64,000 nucleotides of DNA from Mobula birostris (lineage: Eukaryota), in the NCBI RefSeq assembly GCF_030028105.1, contig NC_092376.1:144768230-144832229 (forward strand), written 5' to 3'. Shown here in pieces: positions 26,130 to 41,289 of the stretch. A model generated the notes under the pieces. That model saw nothing but the letters and a program-made list of their open reading frames with translations, was not told where the DNA came from and made no database searches. A program made the position numbers and the translations under genes. The stretch's first letter is position 1, and each line of letters begins with the position of its first letter.

Positions 26130-28190
26130 TATGGCTTGTTACTCTTGAAAATCATCAGAAGAAAAACACAGGAGCCGGGAAACGGGTCTACAACAACTCT
26201 TAATCCCCACATAATGCAACCTCTGTCGAGGGCAAGTTCATTTCTGAGCTGGTAAAGATGGGGGATCTGGAATTTTGCAGCATAATCCAGCCATTTTGGA
26301 CGGCCACGTAGACCTACAACAGTGTGGGGTCTTTTCTGGTTTCCCTGTGGACCATTTCTACCATAAAAGGGAGATGTTTGATTTGCATTAGGGAGAATAC
26401 GTCAAGAGGAGTGTCCTCTTTTGTAAATTTTTCAGGTATTTCCTTTTCCAAAGGTAAACAGGACAATCCATCAGCATCTCCATGATTAGCTGTCCTCTTG
26501 AATTCAATCTTATAATTGTGTCCTCCAAGAAACAGCCCATCTCTGCATTTGTGCTGCTGCTGTTATTGAACACCCTTCCATATATTGAAAATGAACACTA
26601 GTGGTTGATGATCAGTAATGAGGGTAAACTCCTTCCCGTACAGAAATATTTTACACCCCAAACCAAACTCAAAGCCTCTCTGTCAATCTGTGTGCAGGTT
26701 TTTTTCTGCAGCAGTATGGGAGAGTGATGCAAAGTCTATGGGCATTCACTTCCATCACTCATAACATGTGACATGACTGCACCTGTACCATAAGGCAAGG
26801 CGTCACAGGCAAGCTTCACTAGGTGATGTAGATAATATGCAAGTACAATATCTAACGTCACCATTTCCTTTGCCTTTTGGAAAGCCACCTCACACCGCTT
26901 TGTCCATTGCCATTTCTACCCGATCTGTAGTAATGAGTTCAAGAGGTGAAGCTCAGTCAACAGGAACCTGTCATAGTAACTAACAAATCCTAAAAAGGAC
27001 CACAGCTGTCGCACACCCTTTGGCCATGGGGCATCCACCAGGGCTTGAATTTTCTCAGCACACTTGTGGAATCCCTGTGCATCAATGAACACAGTTAGCA
27101 ATGTGTGGTTTAACTTGCCACATCATGCTCTCAGTCCATTATCTTCTAATCTTTTTAACGCTGCCTTAAGGTTTTGGAGATGTTCCTTCTTACCCTCTTC
27201 AGTAACAATTATGTCATCCAGGTAACAATGAACACCTGGTCAGCCTTGCATCACCTGGTACATGGCTTTCTGCCAAAATGCAGGTGCAGCTGCTACTCCA
27301 AAAATAAGCCTATTACAGTGATAAAGCCCTTTGTTAGCATTTATGGTGAGAAACATTTTGGAATCTTCTTCCATCTCCATCTGTAGGTAGGCCTCAGGCT
27401 AGTCCACTTTGCTGGACTGTCCCCACCCCACACCATCCAGAAATGTTTGCAGAGATGTCCTTTATCCTAGGCAGAGGGTATTGATCTACTTTCAGTCCTG
27501 GATTGATGGTGACCTTAAAATCACCACTGATGCTGACAGATCCATTCTTCTTGGCTACTGGGACCATTGGTATTGCCTATGGGCTCCAGTCAAGCTTGGA
27601 AAGAATCCCTTCAGGCTCTATGCAATCTAGCTCACTGACTACTTTATCACGGATGGTATAAGGAACTGGTCGGATTTGTAAGACTTGGGTGTGGCATTTT
27701 CATTCAACACTATTTTACCTTTGATATGTTTGAGTTTTCCAACACCATCTTTGAACACTGCTGTGACATCATCCAGTACCTTTCTTAATTCACTTTCAGC
27801 TGACTCTATTACAGGGAATGTGACATGCAAATGGTGGATGGATCTTTATCAAGTTGTAGTTTTCTCAGCCAATCACGGTCCCACAATGTTGGTCCTGTTG
27901 TTTTTACGACATACAAGCACAAAGTGGCTTGTTGGTTGTTGTATTTCACTGCTACAAATGGCATTCACACAAGAGTTATCTTTTCTCTAGTACATGTTCT
28001 TAGCTGGATATCTGCAGGCTTCAGTTCAGTATCTTTCAAACTCATTTTGTGGAATGACTGAAACAGCCAAGCCAGTGTCCAATTCCATTTTAATTAATTT
28101 GCCGTTCACTTCTGCTGCAAGCTATATTGCTTGTCTCTTGTTAGTTTACACATTGTAAATCTCATAGCTAGCCAGTCCTGTGTAGCTCTC
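26130..28190 (-). mobile_element. Decayed Gypsy/Ty3 LTR-retrotransposon internal region (pro-RT-RNase H)
   Basis: Protease MELDTGLAVSVI (about 28055-28090), RT CYLDDIIVT (about 27200-27228), RNase H LACDALPYGTGAVMSH (about 26768-26815) and DHQPL; many stops and frameshifts. Confidence 0.85.
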
Positions 28191-29092
28191 AAAGTTCAAA
28201 GTAAATTTATTATCAAAGTACAGTAACCCAATAATCTACCTGTGTATCACAAAGTCTTAAGAACAACATCCAACTTCAGACAGACAGCACCCAAAGTCAG
28301 AAATCACCCTGGGTATCAATATAGCAAAAAAATATTAAGCAAATATAATTTCATGTTAGATTAATATTTCAGGAATGTTATATGCAGCAGTAATAAATAT
28401 GCATTCATTTCTGATACTACAATAAGTCATACATCAAATTTAACATTTGCCGCAGGATTGTATTCTGTCATTGAAAAACTAAATGGAATTGGAATGGGAG
28501 AAATGCTTTTTTTTTTTAAATGGTTACCTACAAATAGCACAAAACATACAGTCATCCTTGATCTAGAGGGGCTATTTCAGGAAAAAAGTATTTTTACTCC
28601 ATAAAACAAAGAGTGCTGAAGTATATTTTGGCTTTAGTGGTGGTCGAACTCAACTTCTAGTATGACAGAGAGCAGTAGCAAGAGATTCCTTCTTCAAGGA
28701 AGTCAAAAGGCAGCCTATATCCCCCCCAAAGATACTTTGAAAGCAAAGCTCCTATCTTCACATATCCAAGCAGCAAAACATCTGGGTAGAAAATTTCAAA
28801 CCAAGTAATCTCTGAGATCTGCTATCTACTGAACACAGAGCTCCGGCTATGCTCCATGCATACCTGGATTACTCAGGTATGAAGATAACGATCAGAATGA
28901 CCTTGAACTTTGATTTGGGTTTCACAGAGTTAAACAGCTTTAGATATTCTAAGTGTAGGGTGATAAATACCACATTAAACCTCTAAGCTCATGATAGGTT
29001 AGATGCTCTCTGCTCAAGGGGATTTCCTCTCTTTTTTTTTTGAGTTGACAATAGCAAGCATTGTAAATGTGTATTTTCCCAGGTAATGAATA

Positions 29093-29677
29093 CAGTGGAT
29101 TCAGATTAATTGGGCCATTGGGAAATCAGGTGAGCCACTTATTGGGACAACTTTTAAAGGGCAAAAACTAATCAAGAAAACAGCCAGGATTCTCTTTGTT
29201 TAATTGGGAAACTATGCCGCTTAATTGGGACAGGAGAGTGGTGCCGAAGTTAGGAACAATGAGGAATTTGAAGGTATTAACAATCATCTTGAATTTTATA
29301 ATGAAAACGAAGATTTGGAGAATGCAATCTTCCAAACCATTCTATGAAGGCAGTCCATTATCTGCATTATGTTTCTGCGCTAATTTTGTTATTTTACTGT
29401 CAATGAAAAGACCACGGCAGTGTTCTCTGAACACTGGATGAATTCCTCCACTGATAACTATTAGGAACTAGTTTTATAGCACTGTCGTAGTATTGTTAGT
29501 GTTCTAATTTGTTCTGTCTTTCACTTAAATACATAATTTGTTACTCAGTTAAACCGCAGTTTACCTTTTTTTATACATTTTTCATTACTTCCATGAAATT
29601 TCAGCTAATTGGGGCAGTCGCTTAATTGGGCCAAATCGTACTGGTCCTGATGTGTCCCAGTTAACCAGAATTCAGCA
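29093..29677. mobile_element. Pogo/Tigger-like MITE
   Basis: TA followed by CAGTGGATTCAGATTAATTGGG, with a degenerate inverted copy CCCAGTTAACCAGAATTCAGCA. Internal repeats of TTAATTGGG. Confidence 0.6.
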
Positions 29678-29994
29678 CCAGCCTACGCACACATACAGAA
29701 TAAAGAATCCATATAGGAACTTCCATTTTTCACTGCTGCATAGTACCCCAATGTACAAAACAGGTGGAAACAATTGGTCAAGGTTTCCTTGCTATTCTGC
29801 CAGGTCAAAGGACTGGGGAAACAACCTCTCAGGTAGATCATGCAAAATAGATTCCACTTGGATCTGGAAACCTGATTCCCTGTCCTTACATGATTGTTCA
29901 CATACTTTGTTGGGCATGCATCTTACTGTCAGGTGTCCCCTCATGACAAATCTGGTCACAGGGCAGGAAGTCATGTCCTTACTACCTTCAATAG

Positions 29995-30612
29995 CGATTC
30001 AAAGATTCAAGATTCAAAAAACTTTATTGTCATTCTAACTATACATCAGCTCTGCAGGGCAGAATGAGACAGCGTTTCTCAGGAGCAGTGCAATCATAAC
30101 ATAACAAACGCAACACTAAATAATAAACATAACAATAAATAGTAAAACACAACAGCCACACGTCAGTTAAAATCAGTTATAAGTGTCCAGTGTAAGTTAA
30201 AAGTGTCCAAAGCAGAGTCAGGTAGAGCAGCTATTTAGTAGTCTGACTGCCTGTGGGAGGAAGCTGTTTAGTAGCCTTGTGGTTTTAGTTTTGATGCTCC
30301 TGTAACATTTGCCTGATGGCAGAAGAACAAACAGTTCATGGAGAGGGTGTGAGGGGTCTTTAATGATGTACCGTGTCTTCTGGAGGCATCGACTCTGAAA
30401 GAGGTCTTGGACAGAAGGTAGGGGAACCCCAGTAACCTTCTCTGCTCCCCTAACCACCCTCTGCAAGGCTTTTTTGTCGACAGCACTGCAGCTGGAGTAC
30501 CAGGTTGTGATGCAAAAGGTCAGCACACTCTCAACCACGCTTCTGTAGAATGTAGTTAAGACATTAGTGGGGAGTGATGCTTGTTTAAGCTTCCTCAGAA
30601 AGTGCAATCCCA
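29995..30612 (-). mobile_element. Young Rex1/Babar LINE 3' fragment
   Basis: ORF 30218-30622 (LHFLRKLK, FYRSVVESVLTFCITTWY, DPSHPLH.LF.LLPSG) and a (GATTCAA)n tail. Confidence 0.9.
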
Positions 30613-31429
30613 ATAAATACATGCTGGCCTTTCAGCAATAACCACATACCATAAGCGATATCAAATAAAAAGAGAAACCAGTCCTCATGCACACTTGTCA
30701 TATTTTTAATACTATAAACCCAACGTTCATTTAGGCACAGTATAATCAAGCTGCAGCAGAAAGGTTTCTCGTGTAGCGCTGCGGGGAGTTACAGCTGGGT
30801 ACAATGAGCAATTTTTTGGAGTCGGAGATGTTCAAACTTCACATGATGTTGCCTCTCCTGAGGCTGGCAGCATACTGGGAAACCTGGCTGATGGGTAATG
30901 GCATGAGAACTGACAAAATATCTGTCACAGGAGCATAATGGTTTCATCTGCACTGGAAACAGACAGGTGATTTGAATTTCACAAGGCCACTGCCATTCCG
31001 TTGGGCACGACTTACTCGCACTGGCAACGGAGAGACTGCTAGAATGCTATGAAAAGCCCAAAGCTATAGTAACAGTGGAATCCAGAGCTTTGCTGGCAAT
31101 TAGCGTAGGTTGGTTGACAATGATTCTACAATGTTTCTTTAACAATGAAAGCTGAGGCTTTAGCAAACACTGTACACTGTATCTGAGAATGTAAAGATTG
31201 ACGTGAAACTGTAAAGCAAAGGCTCAAGGTTCCACAAAGCAATGTTCCTATACATCTTATGTAGTCTTTCAAGTAGACCTCTCAATTCTCTAAGCAATAT
31301 TTACTTAGGAGCCATAGGAGATGAAGTAAGCCATTTAGTGCATCTCTTTTACCTTCCATCTAACCTGCTTCACCATTCAGTCATGGCTGGTTTTTATTTT
31401 AACCTAGATTCTCTGGCTTTCTCCGCATA

Positions 31430-31850
31430 ACCTCATAAAAACAGGATGTACTGCCAAGGCTTTATAGGTTGTTGGTCAGACTGCAATTGGAATATTATGA
31501 GCAATTTTGGGCCCATATCTAAAGAAAGATGTGCAAGCCCTAGAAAGGATCAAGAGGTGGTTCACAAAAGTGATCCTGGGAATGAAAAGCTTAACCCATG
31601 AGGAATTTTTGATGTCCCTAGTCCTGCAATCAATGGAGAGCAGAAGGATGAGGGAAGCCCTAGAGATGGCAGAGATGTTTCCATTAGTAAAAGATTCTAG
31701 GATCTAAAGGTATGGCTTCAGAATAAAGGGATGTCCCTTTAAAACTGAAATGAGGAGCGATTTCTTCAGCCATCTGTGGAATTTGTTAAAACAGAGAGCT
31801 ATGAAGGCTATGCTATTGGATGTATTTAAGGCTGAGACTGATAGGACTTG
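31430..31850 (+). mobile_element. Old CR1 3' fragment
   Basis: PYLKKDVQALERIKRWFTKVILGMK (ORF 31507-31707). Confidence 0.7.
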
Positions 31851-34800
31851 CACTGGCTTTATCCTCATTTGAGTTCTTTCCCTACAGCAAAGCTGGGTGA
31901 TTTTGTCTTCTGGGGAGCAGGTCTATAGGTTACCTTTTCCTTGACCAACTGTAATACAATAACAACAAAAGGACTTGTCTTATGAAGATCCTACCAATAA
32001 TCTATCCAACACTGCCAATGATATGTCTATTTCTGAGCTGAAGACTGAGAATATCAGCTACTGTAGTCAATGTCTGGTATCTCAGCAACATCAGGTGCAA
32101 TTTCTTTGATATTTGATCTGAAAACGTTTAGTTAAGATGAAAGGTGGCACATGTTAGGACAGCACATTCAAGAATCGATTCAAGCTAAAATAATATTCAG
32201 GTGGAGTTTAACATGAGTGTGAAAAAATGGATTAGATGCAAGTGTATCATCTGCATCAATGGACCCTTGATCAATTGCTGACTCAGTCTGCTTATTGACA
32301 ACATGCCAAACAGAAAGAAGTGTATTAATGAGAGCCTTGCCTGACGTTGGTCTATTTTGCTCGAATAGATGCAGTGTGTATAAAGTGTGAAATATGAAGG
32401 TGAGTGTTGGAGGAGGGAAGATGATTGTAGCTAACCAAGGTGATCCAGTGAGGTAGCTGATCAATGACTGTCACAGTGTGGGGTTTGAACCACCGCATGA
32501 ATGCAGTTGTAGATAGGTGAAATTTATCAATGACTTTGGCAATGCACCACGCCCTGGATCTACCTCCCTGGCAGCCTCCAACTGAAGCCCATCTCTGACT
32601 GGATGGCTTGGTGAAACTGTAAGCATGCCCATCTCTTCCACAAGCAGCTCCGGGGAAGAGGCCACAAATCAGGAGACTTGTGACATTGTGAGATAATGGA
32701 CTGTGGGCTTGATATTTTTTCTGAAGAAACAGCTCCAACGTGGCTCCTACAACCTGAGCTCCATGCTGAACTCTGAACCCTGAACCCTGCCTTCATGAAC
32801 TTTGCAGGTACTCCAGCTGACCATGCTGGCTTCCTCAGGCTTTCTGGCTTCCTCCTGCATCCCAAAGGTGTGCTGGCTGCAAATCTAAATGGCCACTGTA
32901 AACTGCCCCTCATGTAGGTGGGCAGTAGGGGAATCAAAGGGTATTATATGATAAAATGTTGCATAGGGAAGTGGGAAAATGAGATCGATGGATTGCACTG
33001 AACACCATCAATAACTGTAATCTCGTCAGTTGAACAGCCTTCTACGCCAGAAGGAAAACATGGAATGCAATGGTAAGACAATGTAAGTGGAGCCAAACAG
33101 TCAACACATGGAGGTCGCTGCTCTGTGCATTGCATTAGAGAACTCCTGGGATCAAGTTTTTGTAGCCTGATTAGTTCCTAGCAAAAGCAGAATTCCACAA
33201 GGAGCTATGAAACACACAACCGTCATTCCTCGAAGTGTTAATTCCTTGAATTTCCTGCTCATGCTTTCCCACTTCAGGTCCCCTCTTTGAAGATGATTTT
33301 TAAAATATGTTTTTTAATCAAGTACTTAATCACCTCCAATCTGTTCCTCCATGAATCATCTATGTTCCTACAACTCTGTGAAGGGCCTAGGGACATTTTT
33401 ACTACATTAAGGAGCTCGTAAATTCAATCCATTGTTATCAAAAGAAAATTATTTCAGCCTCACAAACACACACAGATGTTGTTCAGCAAATCATTAAAAA
33501 ACTAACAGCACTTATTAAATAGGCTTTCCAGCAGTTGAGGAACGGTATATCATTTAACAGATAAAAGTGATGATGGACTATGCTCTAATCAGCTTTAATA
33601 AGTTACACTGTTGTTCTGTTGTATTGGAACGGTAACTTATTGTTTTCATCTGGTGGAATTGCCATTTTATTGTCTTGCTTGATCAATATATAAAAAAAGC
33701 TATTACCACAAATCTCTCACACTTTGGGCCGCTTGCTTTGAACTTGTATGGTTATTAACACTTTTGCCTTTGTTTGCAGGAACTCTCATATATTCTAACT
33801 GAATTAATTCTTGATTTTAGGCTATTTTCTAACTTACATGTGGTAAATGACAAACCAGCGGAAGCAATAGCAGATTTATCAAAGTTCGAAGTACACGTAT
33901 TATCAAAGTATTTATAGATGATACAACCTTGAGATTTGCCTCCTTACAGGCAGCCACAAAACAAAGAAACCCCAAAGGAACCCATTTTAAAAAAGACCTT
34001 CAAACACCCAGTGTGCAGAGAAAAAATGTGCAAGCATAAAAATAAGTAATCAAATCGCATTCAATACTGCACACACACAAAGCCAAGCATTGCTAGAGCC
34101 ACAGCAGGCCACAGGCCCAGTTCAACGTAGAGCTAAGTAAAAGACACAAAGCAACAAACAGAACAGTCTTATCCCACACCCCTGGTCCCAACACCCTGAG
34201 CTTTTCAATCTGGCCCGGCGCTTAAATCGTCCAAACATTGGGTCGTTCCTCACTCTGGGACGATTCTAGGACCTAAACCCCAACGCCTCTTTTCAGCATG
34301 TATTTGACCTTTTTAATTCTGCCCAGCGCTTACCTCAATCAGACATTGGGACTTTCCTTGCACCCACCTCCGCTTGCATTTGCCTCCTCCTCCTGCGTCC
34401 CCTCACGTAGCCTCTCCTCTGCATGCCTCTCCATTGTTAGCGGTGATCATTATTAATTGTTATTAATAAGCTGTTTAATAATTGTCTTTGATTTTTATTT
34501 TGCCACTGTTAAATAGTCACTGGGTATCCCCATTGCCGTCTTAAACCGGAAAAATAGGTATAGCATGGAATCACCTCCAAGTGTCATCAATTCAAAATCC
34601 TGAACAAGAGAAAATCTGCAGCAACACTCACAAAACGCTGGAGGATCTCAGCAGGCCGAGCAGCATCAATGGAAAAGAGTACAGATGATGTATTGGGCCG
34701 CGACCCTTCATCCATTTTGTGTGTGTTAATTCAATATCCTTAAACTAACTAACAAACTAACATCGGAAAACAACTAGAATCCAGCCTTTGTAGTTTTTCC

Positions 34801-35237
34801 TGATATCTAGTAAACATCTTTACCCACTCTTCAATTAGTCTCCATATTTCTAATATTGTCATTTTTAACATCCTCAGTGTATTTGAATATTCACAGTGGA
34901 ATTTTCATTATGATAGAAAGAATTTCAACTTCCAAGCACTTACTTTGTTGTAAATGTTTAAGACTGTCAATAAAACAGCTACCTCTTCATGGGGGTGTTT
35001 AAAGTTTCGGTGATCAGGTGTCAGTGGCTATCTTCACCTTTCTAGCTACAGAATTTACTTGACAGTAAAGAGAGTTTATCAACTGCAAAAATATCAACCA
35101 GTTAAACTCTACAAAAGTCAGTACAATACATATGCATTCTCAAAACCTTTGTGGTTTGCATCACTCCAGTTTTGTTAATAATATTTAGAGTCCTTCTTCA
35201 CCATCTATTGATATTGATTAGTCAGAAAAGGCTTTGA

Positions 35238-37040
35238 AGAAACTACAGCACAGAAACCGGCCTTTTGGCCCTTCTTGGCTGTGCCGAACCATTTTCTGCC
35301 TAGTCCCACTGACCTGCACATGGACCATATCCCTCCATACACCTCCCATCCATGTATCTGTCCAATTTATTTTTAAATGTTAAAAAAGAACCCACATTTA
35401 CCACCTCGTTTGGCAGCTCATTCTATACTCCCACCACTCCCTGTGTGAAGAAGCCCCCCCTAATGTTCCCTTTAAACTTTTCCCCCCTCACCCTTAACCC
35501 ATGTCCTCTGGTTTTTTTCTCCCCTTGCCTCAGTGGAAAAAGCTTGCTTGCATTCACTCTATCTATACCCATCATAATTTTATATACCTCTATCAAATCT
35601 CCCCTCATTCTTCTACGCTCCAGGGAATAAAGTCCTAACCTACTCAACCTTTCTCTGTAACTGAGTTTCTCAAGTCCCGGCAACATCCTTGTAAACCTTC
35701 TCTGCACTCTTTCAACCTTATTTATGTCCTTCCTGTAATTTGGTGACCAAAACTGAACACAATACTCCAGATTCAGCCTCACCAATGCCTTATACAACCT
35801 CATCATAACTTTCCAGCTCTTATACTCAATACTTTAATTAATAAAGGCCAATGTACCAAAAGCTCTCTTTAGGACCCTATCTACCTGTGACGCCACTTTT
35901 AGGGAATTTTGTATCTGTATTCCCAGATCCCTCTGTTCCACTGCACTCCTCAGTGCCTTACCATTAACCCTGTATGTTCTACCTTGGTTTGTCCTTCCAA
36001 CGTGCAATACCTCACACTTGTCTGTATTAAACTCCATCTGCCATTTTTCAGCCCATTTTTCCAGCTGGTCCAAGTCCCTCTGCAGGCTCTGAAAACCTTC
36101 CTCACTGTCTACTACACCTCCAATTTTTGTATCATCAGCAAATTTACTGATCCAATTTACCACCTTATCATGCAGATCATTGATATAGATGACAAATAAC
36201 AATGGACCCAGCACTGATCCCTGTGGCACACCACTAGTCACAGGCCTCCACTCGGAGAAGCAATTTTCTACTACCACTCTTTGGCTTCTTCCATTGAGCC
36301 AATGTCTAATCCAATTTACCACCTCTCCATGTATACCCAGCAACTGAATTTTCCTAACTAACCTCCCATGCGGGCCCTTGTCAAAGGCCTTGCTGAAGTC
36401 CATGTAGACAATATCCACTGCCTTCCCTTCATCCACTTTCCTGGTAACCTCCTCGAAAAACTCCAATAGATTGGTCAAACATGACCTACCACGCACAAAG
36501 CTATGTTGACTCTCCCTAATAAGTCCCTGTCTATTCAAATGCTTGTAGATTCGGTCTCTTAGTACTCCCTCCAATAACTTACCTACTACTGACGTTAAAC
36601 TTACCTGCCTATAATTTCCCGGATTACTTTTCAATCCTTTTTTAAACAACGGAACAACATGAGCCACTCTCCAATCCTCCGACACCTCACCTGTACACAG
36701 CGACATTTTAAATATTTCTGCCAGGGCCCCTGCAATTTCAACACTACTCTCTTTCAAGGTCCAAGGGAACACCCTGTCAGGTCCCGGGGATTTATCCACT
36801 TTAATTTTCCTCAAGACAGCAAGGACCTCCTCCTTTTCAATCTGTACAGTTTCCGTGATCTCACTAGTTGTTTCCCTCAATTCCATAGACTTCATGCCAG
36901 TTTCCTTGGTAAATACAGACGCAAAAAACCTATTTAAGATCTCCCCCATTTCCTTTGGTTCCGCACATAGCCGACCACTCTGATCTTCAAGAGGACCAAT
37001 TTTATCCCTTACAATCCTTTTGCTCTTAATATACCTGTAA
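35238..37040 (-). mobile_element. Young 5'-truncated CR1/HER1-type LINE
   Basis: 371-aa RT ORF 35834-36949 (SGVPQGSVLGPLLF, KFADDTKIGG), C-terminal ORF 35423-35806 and 3' UTR. Confidence 0.95.
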
Positions 37041-38227
37041 GAGAATGACTAAAACTGAAATCAATATAGATTTATTATTTGAAACTGCCTGAAGTTGCTA
37101 TGCCAGAGTTGTCACTCGGATTGAATATAGTAATACCGACAGGATTTCATGAAAGAAATTCTCCATTTAAGGATGGTCCAATTCTGTAAAATAAAACGTT
37201 GCACTTACTTTAAAATGACTAAAGCTTATACACACTTGGTTCCTTAAAATGACAATAATTATATTTAATTCAGTGGGACAGGCAGTGTTCATGCCTGACA
37301 GGTGAGAGTGTAACCACCTTGCTTACCTCTGCTGAACTGGCTGAAAATGGCCAACTGCACAGCCTGGATTATATCATTCCCCTCCTCCGCTGGCAGCAGT
37401 AGCTGGTACAAGTTAACATAGATCTTGCTTGTGTCCATTTCCTCTGTCAGTGAGTGTACTGCTCTTTGTGTAAACTGTTTGCTCACCTACCCTTAATGCT
37501 AAAATATAATTAGAAATAAGGAAAAGCAATGGACAAGGCAGCCAGCTGAATGAGAGGACAATGGATTCCAAGGAGCTGCTCTGGGTTAATGTACTATGTG
37601 GTATTAAGAAATGGTTTTTTGAAAGTCCTGATTTATGCATTCAAATTTCATGTTAGTTGGTAATATCCAATTTGCCTGATGATACCAGCCAGCAACCTAC
37701 AAGTTTGGCACTGAACTGCAGGAACTTTTTGTGCACCACTTTTATTAAATACGGTGTGTGCATGCTAATACACAGCAGCGACTTGTACGATGGCTTCAGA
37801 ACTGACATATGCCACTCTGAAAGGGGTTCTGATGTGGAAGGATATCCTGTATCAGCAGGGATGATAAGTATCACCTCATGCCCTTTCACCCTGAGCTCAG
37901 CCTTGTGTCATTCTACTCTTCCTTCATCCATAACAGCAAGGTATCAAAGGCCCAGCACTCCCTTTATCCCAGTATATCATATAAGATCATGCATGGCCAA
38001 CTTGCTGCTCAAGTTTACAGGCTGGGTGGTAAATTAAGATATAAAGAGGATGTAGAAGGTATAAAATGCATAACGTATGATGTTATCGCTTGTACTAGAA
38101 AAGCAATACAGTGTATTTCTTAATTGGTGAGAAACTGTGAAGTTCTGGATTCAGAGAGAGGAGTTTGTCCTGGTCGATGAGGTACAAAAGATAAGCATTT
38201 GGGCATGGTAAACAAAGACAAAAGGGA

Positions 38228-38420
38228 GACACAAGAGATTCTGTAGATGCTGGAAATCTTCAGCAGCACACACAAAATACTGGAAGAACTCAGCAGGTCA
38301 GGCACATCTATGGAGGAAAATGAACAGTCCCCATGAAAGGTCTTAGTCCAAACATGAACTGCACATTTCCCCCCATAAATGCTGCCTGACCCGCTGAATT
38401 CCTCCAGAATTTTGTGTGTG
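38228..38420. repeat. Inverted pair of Penelope terminal-repeat fragments (fold-back)
   Basis: 38266-38328 is the approximate reverse complement of 38358-38420, with a decayed hammerhead core between them. Confidence 0.7.
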
Positions 38421-41289
38421 ATGTAGGAAGGCAAAAGGCTTTATTAAAAAAGGAAGGATTTCTTCTGAGGTTGAAACAGGGATGTGGAAAGACGTTATCT
38501 GGAGTACTGTCTGAGCTCTCACCCAAGTGAAGTGTAGATCTATGCAATCGATTCCTTGAATGAGTCAGGTGACCTTTGAAAAGCAGAGTAAGCATGGTTT
38601 GGATTCCCTGTTTGGAGATATAAGAGGAATCTCAATGATACAGAAAAGAATTCTGAGAAGGATTAACAGTAGATGCTAAAAAGTTCTTTCTTCACAGCAG
38701 AGAATGTAGAATTAGGTGACACAGTTTCAGAAATGGGGTCAGCTATTTAGGTCCAAGAAATTATAGAGTGGTTCTCGGTCTTTGGAACTCTCCACAGAAG
38801 GCTGTGAATGTTCAAGTCAGTGAGCATATTTAGGGCTGACATTAATAGATTATTGGAAACTTTGAGGTCTAGGAGATTGGGCAGGAAAGTTAACTTCAGC
38901 AACCATAACCATTCTTGATCTTACTGGTTGGCACAGAGGGCTTACAGGGCCAATCCCAGCTTCCGTTTCTCAGTTCCTTACATTTTGAGTAACTCAGCAC
39001 TCTGTTCAGGTAAGTTCTCAGGCAATGTCTACAGTTAACCTTGTTCTACTATTGATGAATTGCTGACAGAATGTCCCAGAAAATTTCCTGATGTTTCAGA
39101 AGTACTCTTTACAAATCCAAATGCAATGACCATGAAATTGAGGACACCTTTCATACTTTAAATCAATAATGCCATCACTTCCAATCAGCCAGTTATTGAT
39201 GCAGTGCTAATTGAAGTCATTGAAGTCACTAAAATGTTTTGCAGACTCTTAAATGAGCACAAGCAGGTATTGTTCATGTCAATCCACTTTTGAAGAGCCA
39301 CAGGCAGTTATAAATTAAAATGCTTCACCATATTGGAATTTTATGCTAATGTGGGCCAAACCAGTGTTTCTGTTTATTCTGGCTCCACCTCTGTAGTCTA
39401 GTCAAATATATCTGGCAAAAATTATAGATATATATAGCTCAAATGCCTAAGACTTTTGCACAGTACTGTAGTAATTTTATGTATTGCACTGTACTGCTAT
39501 GGCTGCAAAAAAAAAAAAAATCATGACATATGTGAGTGATGATAAGCCTGATACTGACATGAATTTCTCTTGTGGACCAAGAGCGGGAAAGGGCAGGGAG
39601 ACAGGAATCATGGTTGGGAAAATGGGGAAGGGAGGGGGAGGGAGTGGGAAGCACCAGAGAGACATTCTGTAGTGATCAATAATCCAATTATTTGAAATCT
39701 AATAACCTTACCTGGCGTCTCAGGGCTGGGTGTGTCAGAACCTGTGCCACCCCCTGCCCCGGTACTCCTTTTCTGCCACCTGTCCTACACTCCTCCCAAG
39801 AGACTCCCTCTTCATCATTCCCAACATCCTTTACTCATGCCAGATTTACAAACTCGATGAAAGCACTAGTAACTAAGATTGGGAATTGAGAAACAGCAAC
39901 AAAGGCCAAGTGAGAGAGGGTACAAAATAATTTTTTTTAAAACAGCTTCATATTAGATCTTTAAAAGATGACAGACTGGGTATGCGAATCTACAAAAAGG
40001 ATGTTTTAAATATGTTGATTTGGAGTGAAAGCAACAGAATCAGGCAGCATCAACATCATTGAACAAGTAAACAGAATGAGTGAAAGATAATCAGGGGAAG
40101 AAAAAATCTTGCAAAAAACATGGGACACCCAAACTAAATTATGGTTGAGGAAAGGTTTTATTACCTTAGTACTGTGCACATCATATCAGCATTTACTAGT
40201 TTATAAAATATTTCCTGAGGAACTCAAACACTCAGTTATTTCTGCAAGCAATGATAAGCAAAATAGATGTTCAGAAAATAATATATTATCCTAAAGCTGT
40301 TCAGATATTGTCATCGTTTCTCCACATCTGTCACTCCCTCATTAAAAAATTAAATAAACAACAACCCTCCATTAGGTAGCCCCTCTAATCTAAGGAAATA
40401 CCCCAAGTACTTCACAGGAATTCAATCCAAAAAAAAAACTCCCCTCCCCAACAAAAAAGGACAGAGGAAAGGTTTCAGGACAGATTACTAAAAGCGTGGT
40501 TAAACTGATAACACTAAAGGAAAAATTAAAGATGAATGGAGGTAAAGATTGATAAAGCTTTAAGGAGGTAGCTACAGAATCCAAGGCCAGGCCAGTTGAA
40601 AGAACAATTTCAAATAATTCCTTTTGATTTGTAGCTTGCAAGGGCAATCAGTGTCCTCTGTATCCCTCTCCCAGTGCCATGATTTCATGTCCATTTTTCT
40701 CAGCACTCTTTCCCTGTTTCAGGTTAGATTTGATTTGAGTCAATTACACTTTTTATCCTTCTTGAACATACAGCACGTTTTGACATTGTTAGTTTCACTG
40801 CCCTCCTCCAGTTCCCGTACCCTTACTGCTTAGCTAGGTGCGATAGCACTTGTCTGGGTTCTAGACCTTTACAGGGAACAACCTAAAATGGCTTCTCTTT
40901 ATATCTGCACCACAACATCCACTTTCATCTATCTACTGAATACAGTTGGGAATACCTCACTTGCACCTCTTCCAGCCCTCTGTTTTAAGATATCAATCCA
41001 TTTTCATAGATTAACAGAATTATATAATCGAGAAACCTATTACGAACTGTTCTCTTGCCACCTACACCAGTTCCCTGCCATGAGTCCAGGATTGAAGCAG
41101 ATAATATGGACCTTTGACCCTCAAGAAGAAATTTTCCACAACTGTGGCATGTAACTCAAATTTCTTGTATTTTTTTCCCAGCTCTTTTCTGTCTGCATTT
41201 ATCATTCTCTGGCTGAGTTCAGCTTTGATGACCAAACCATCACCATCCTCTCTCAACTAGAACCTTTCAATCTCAATCTCTTTGTTCTC

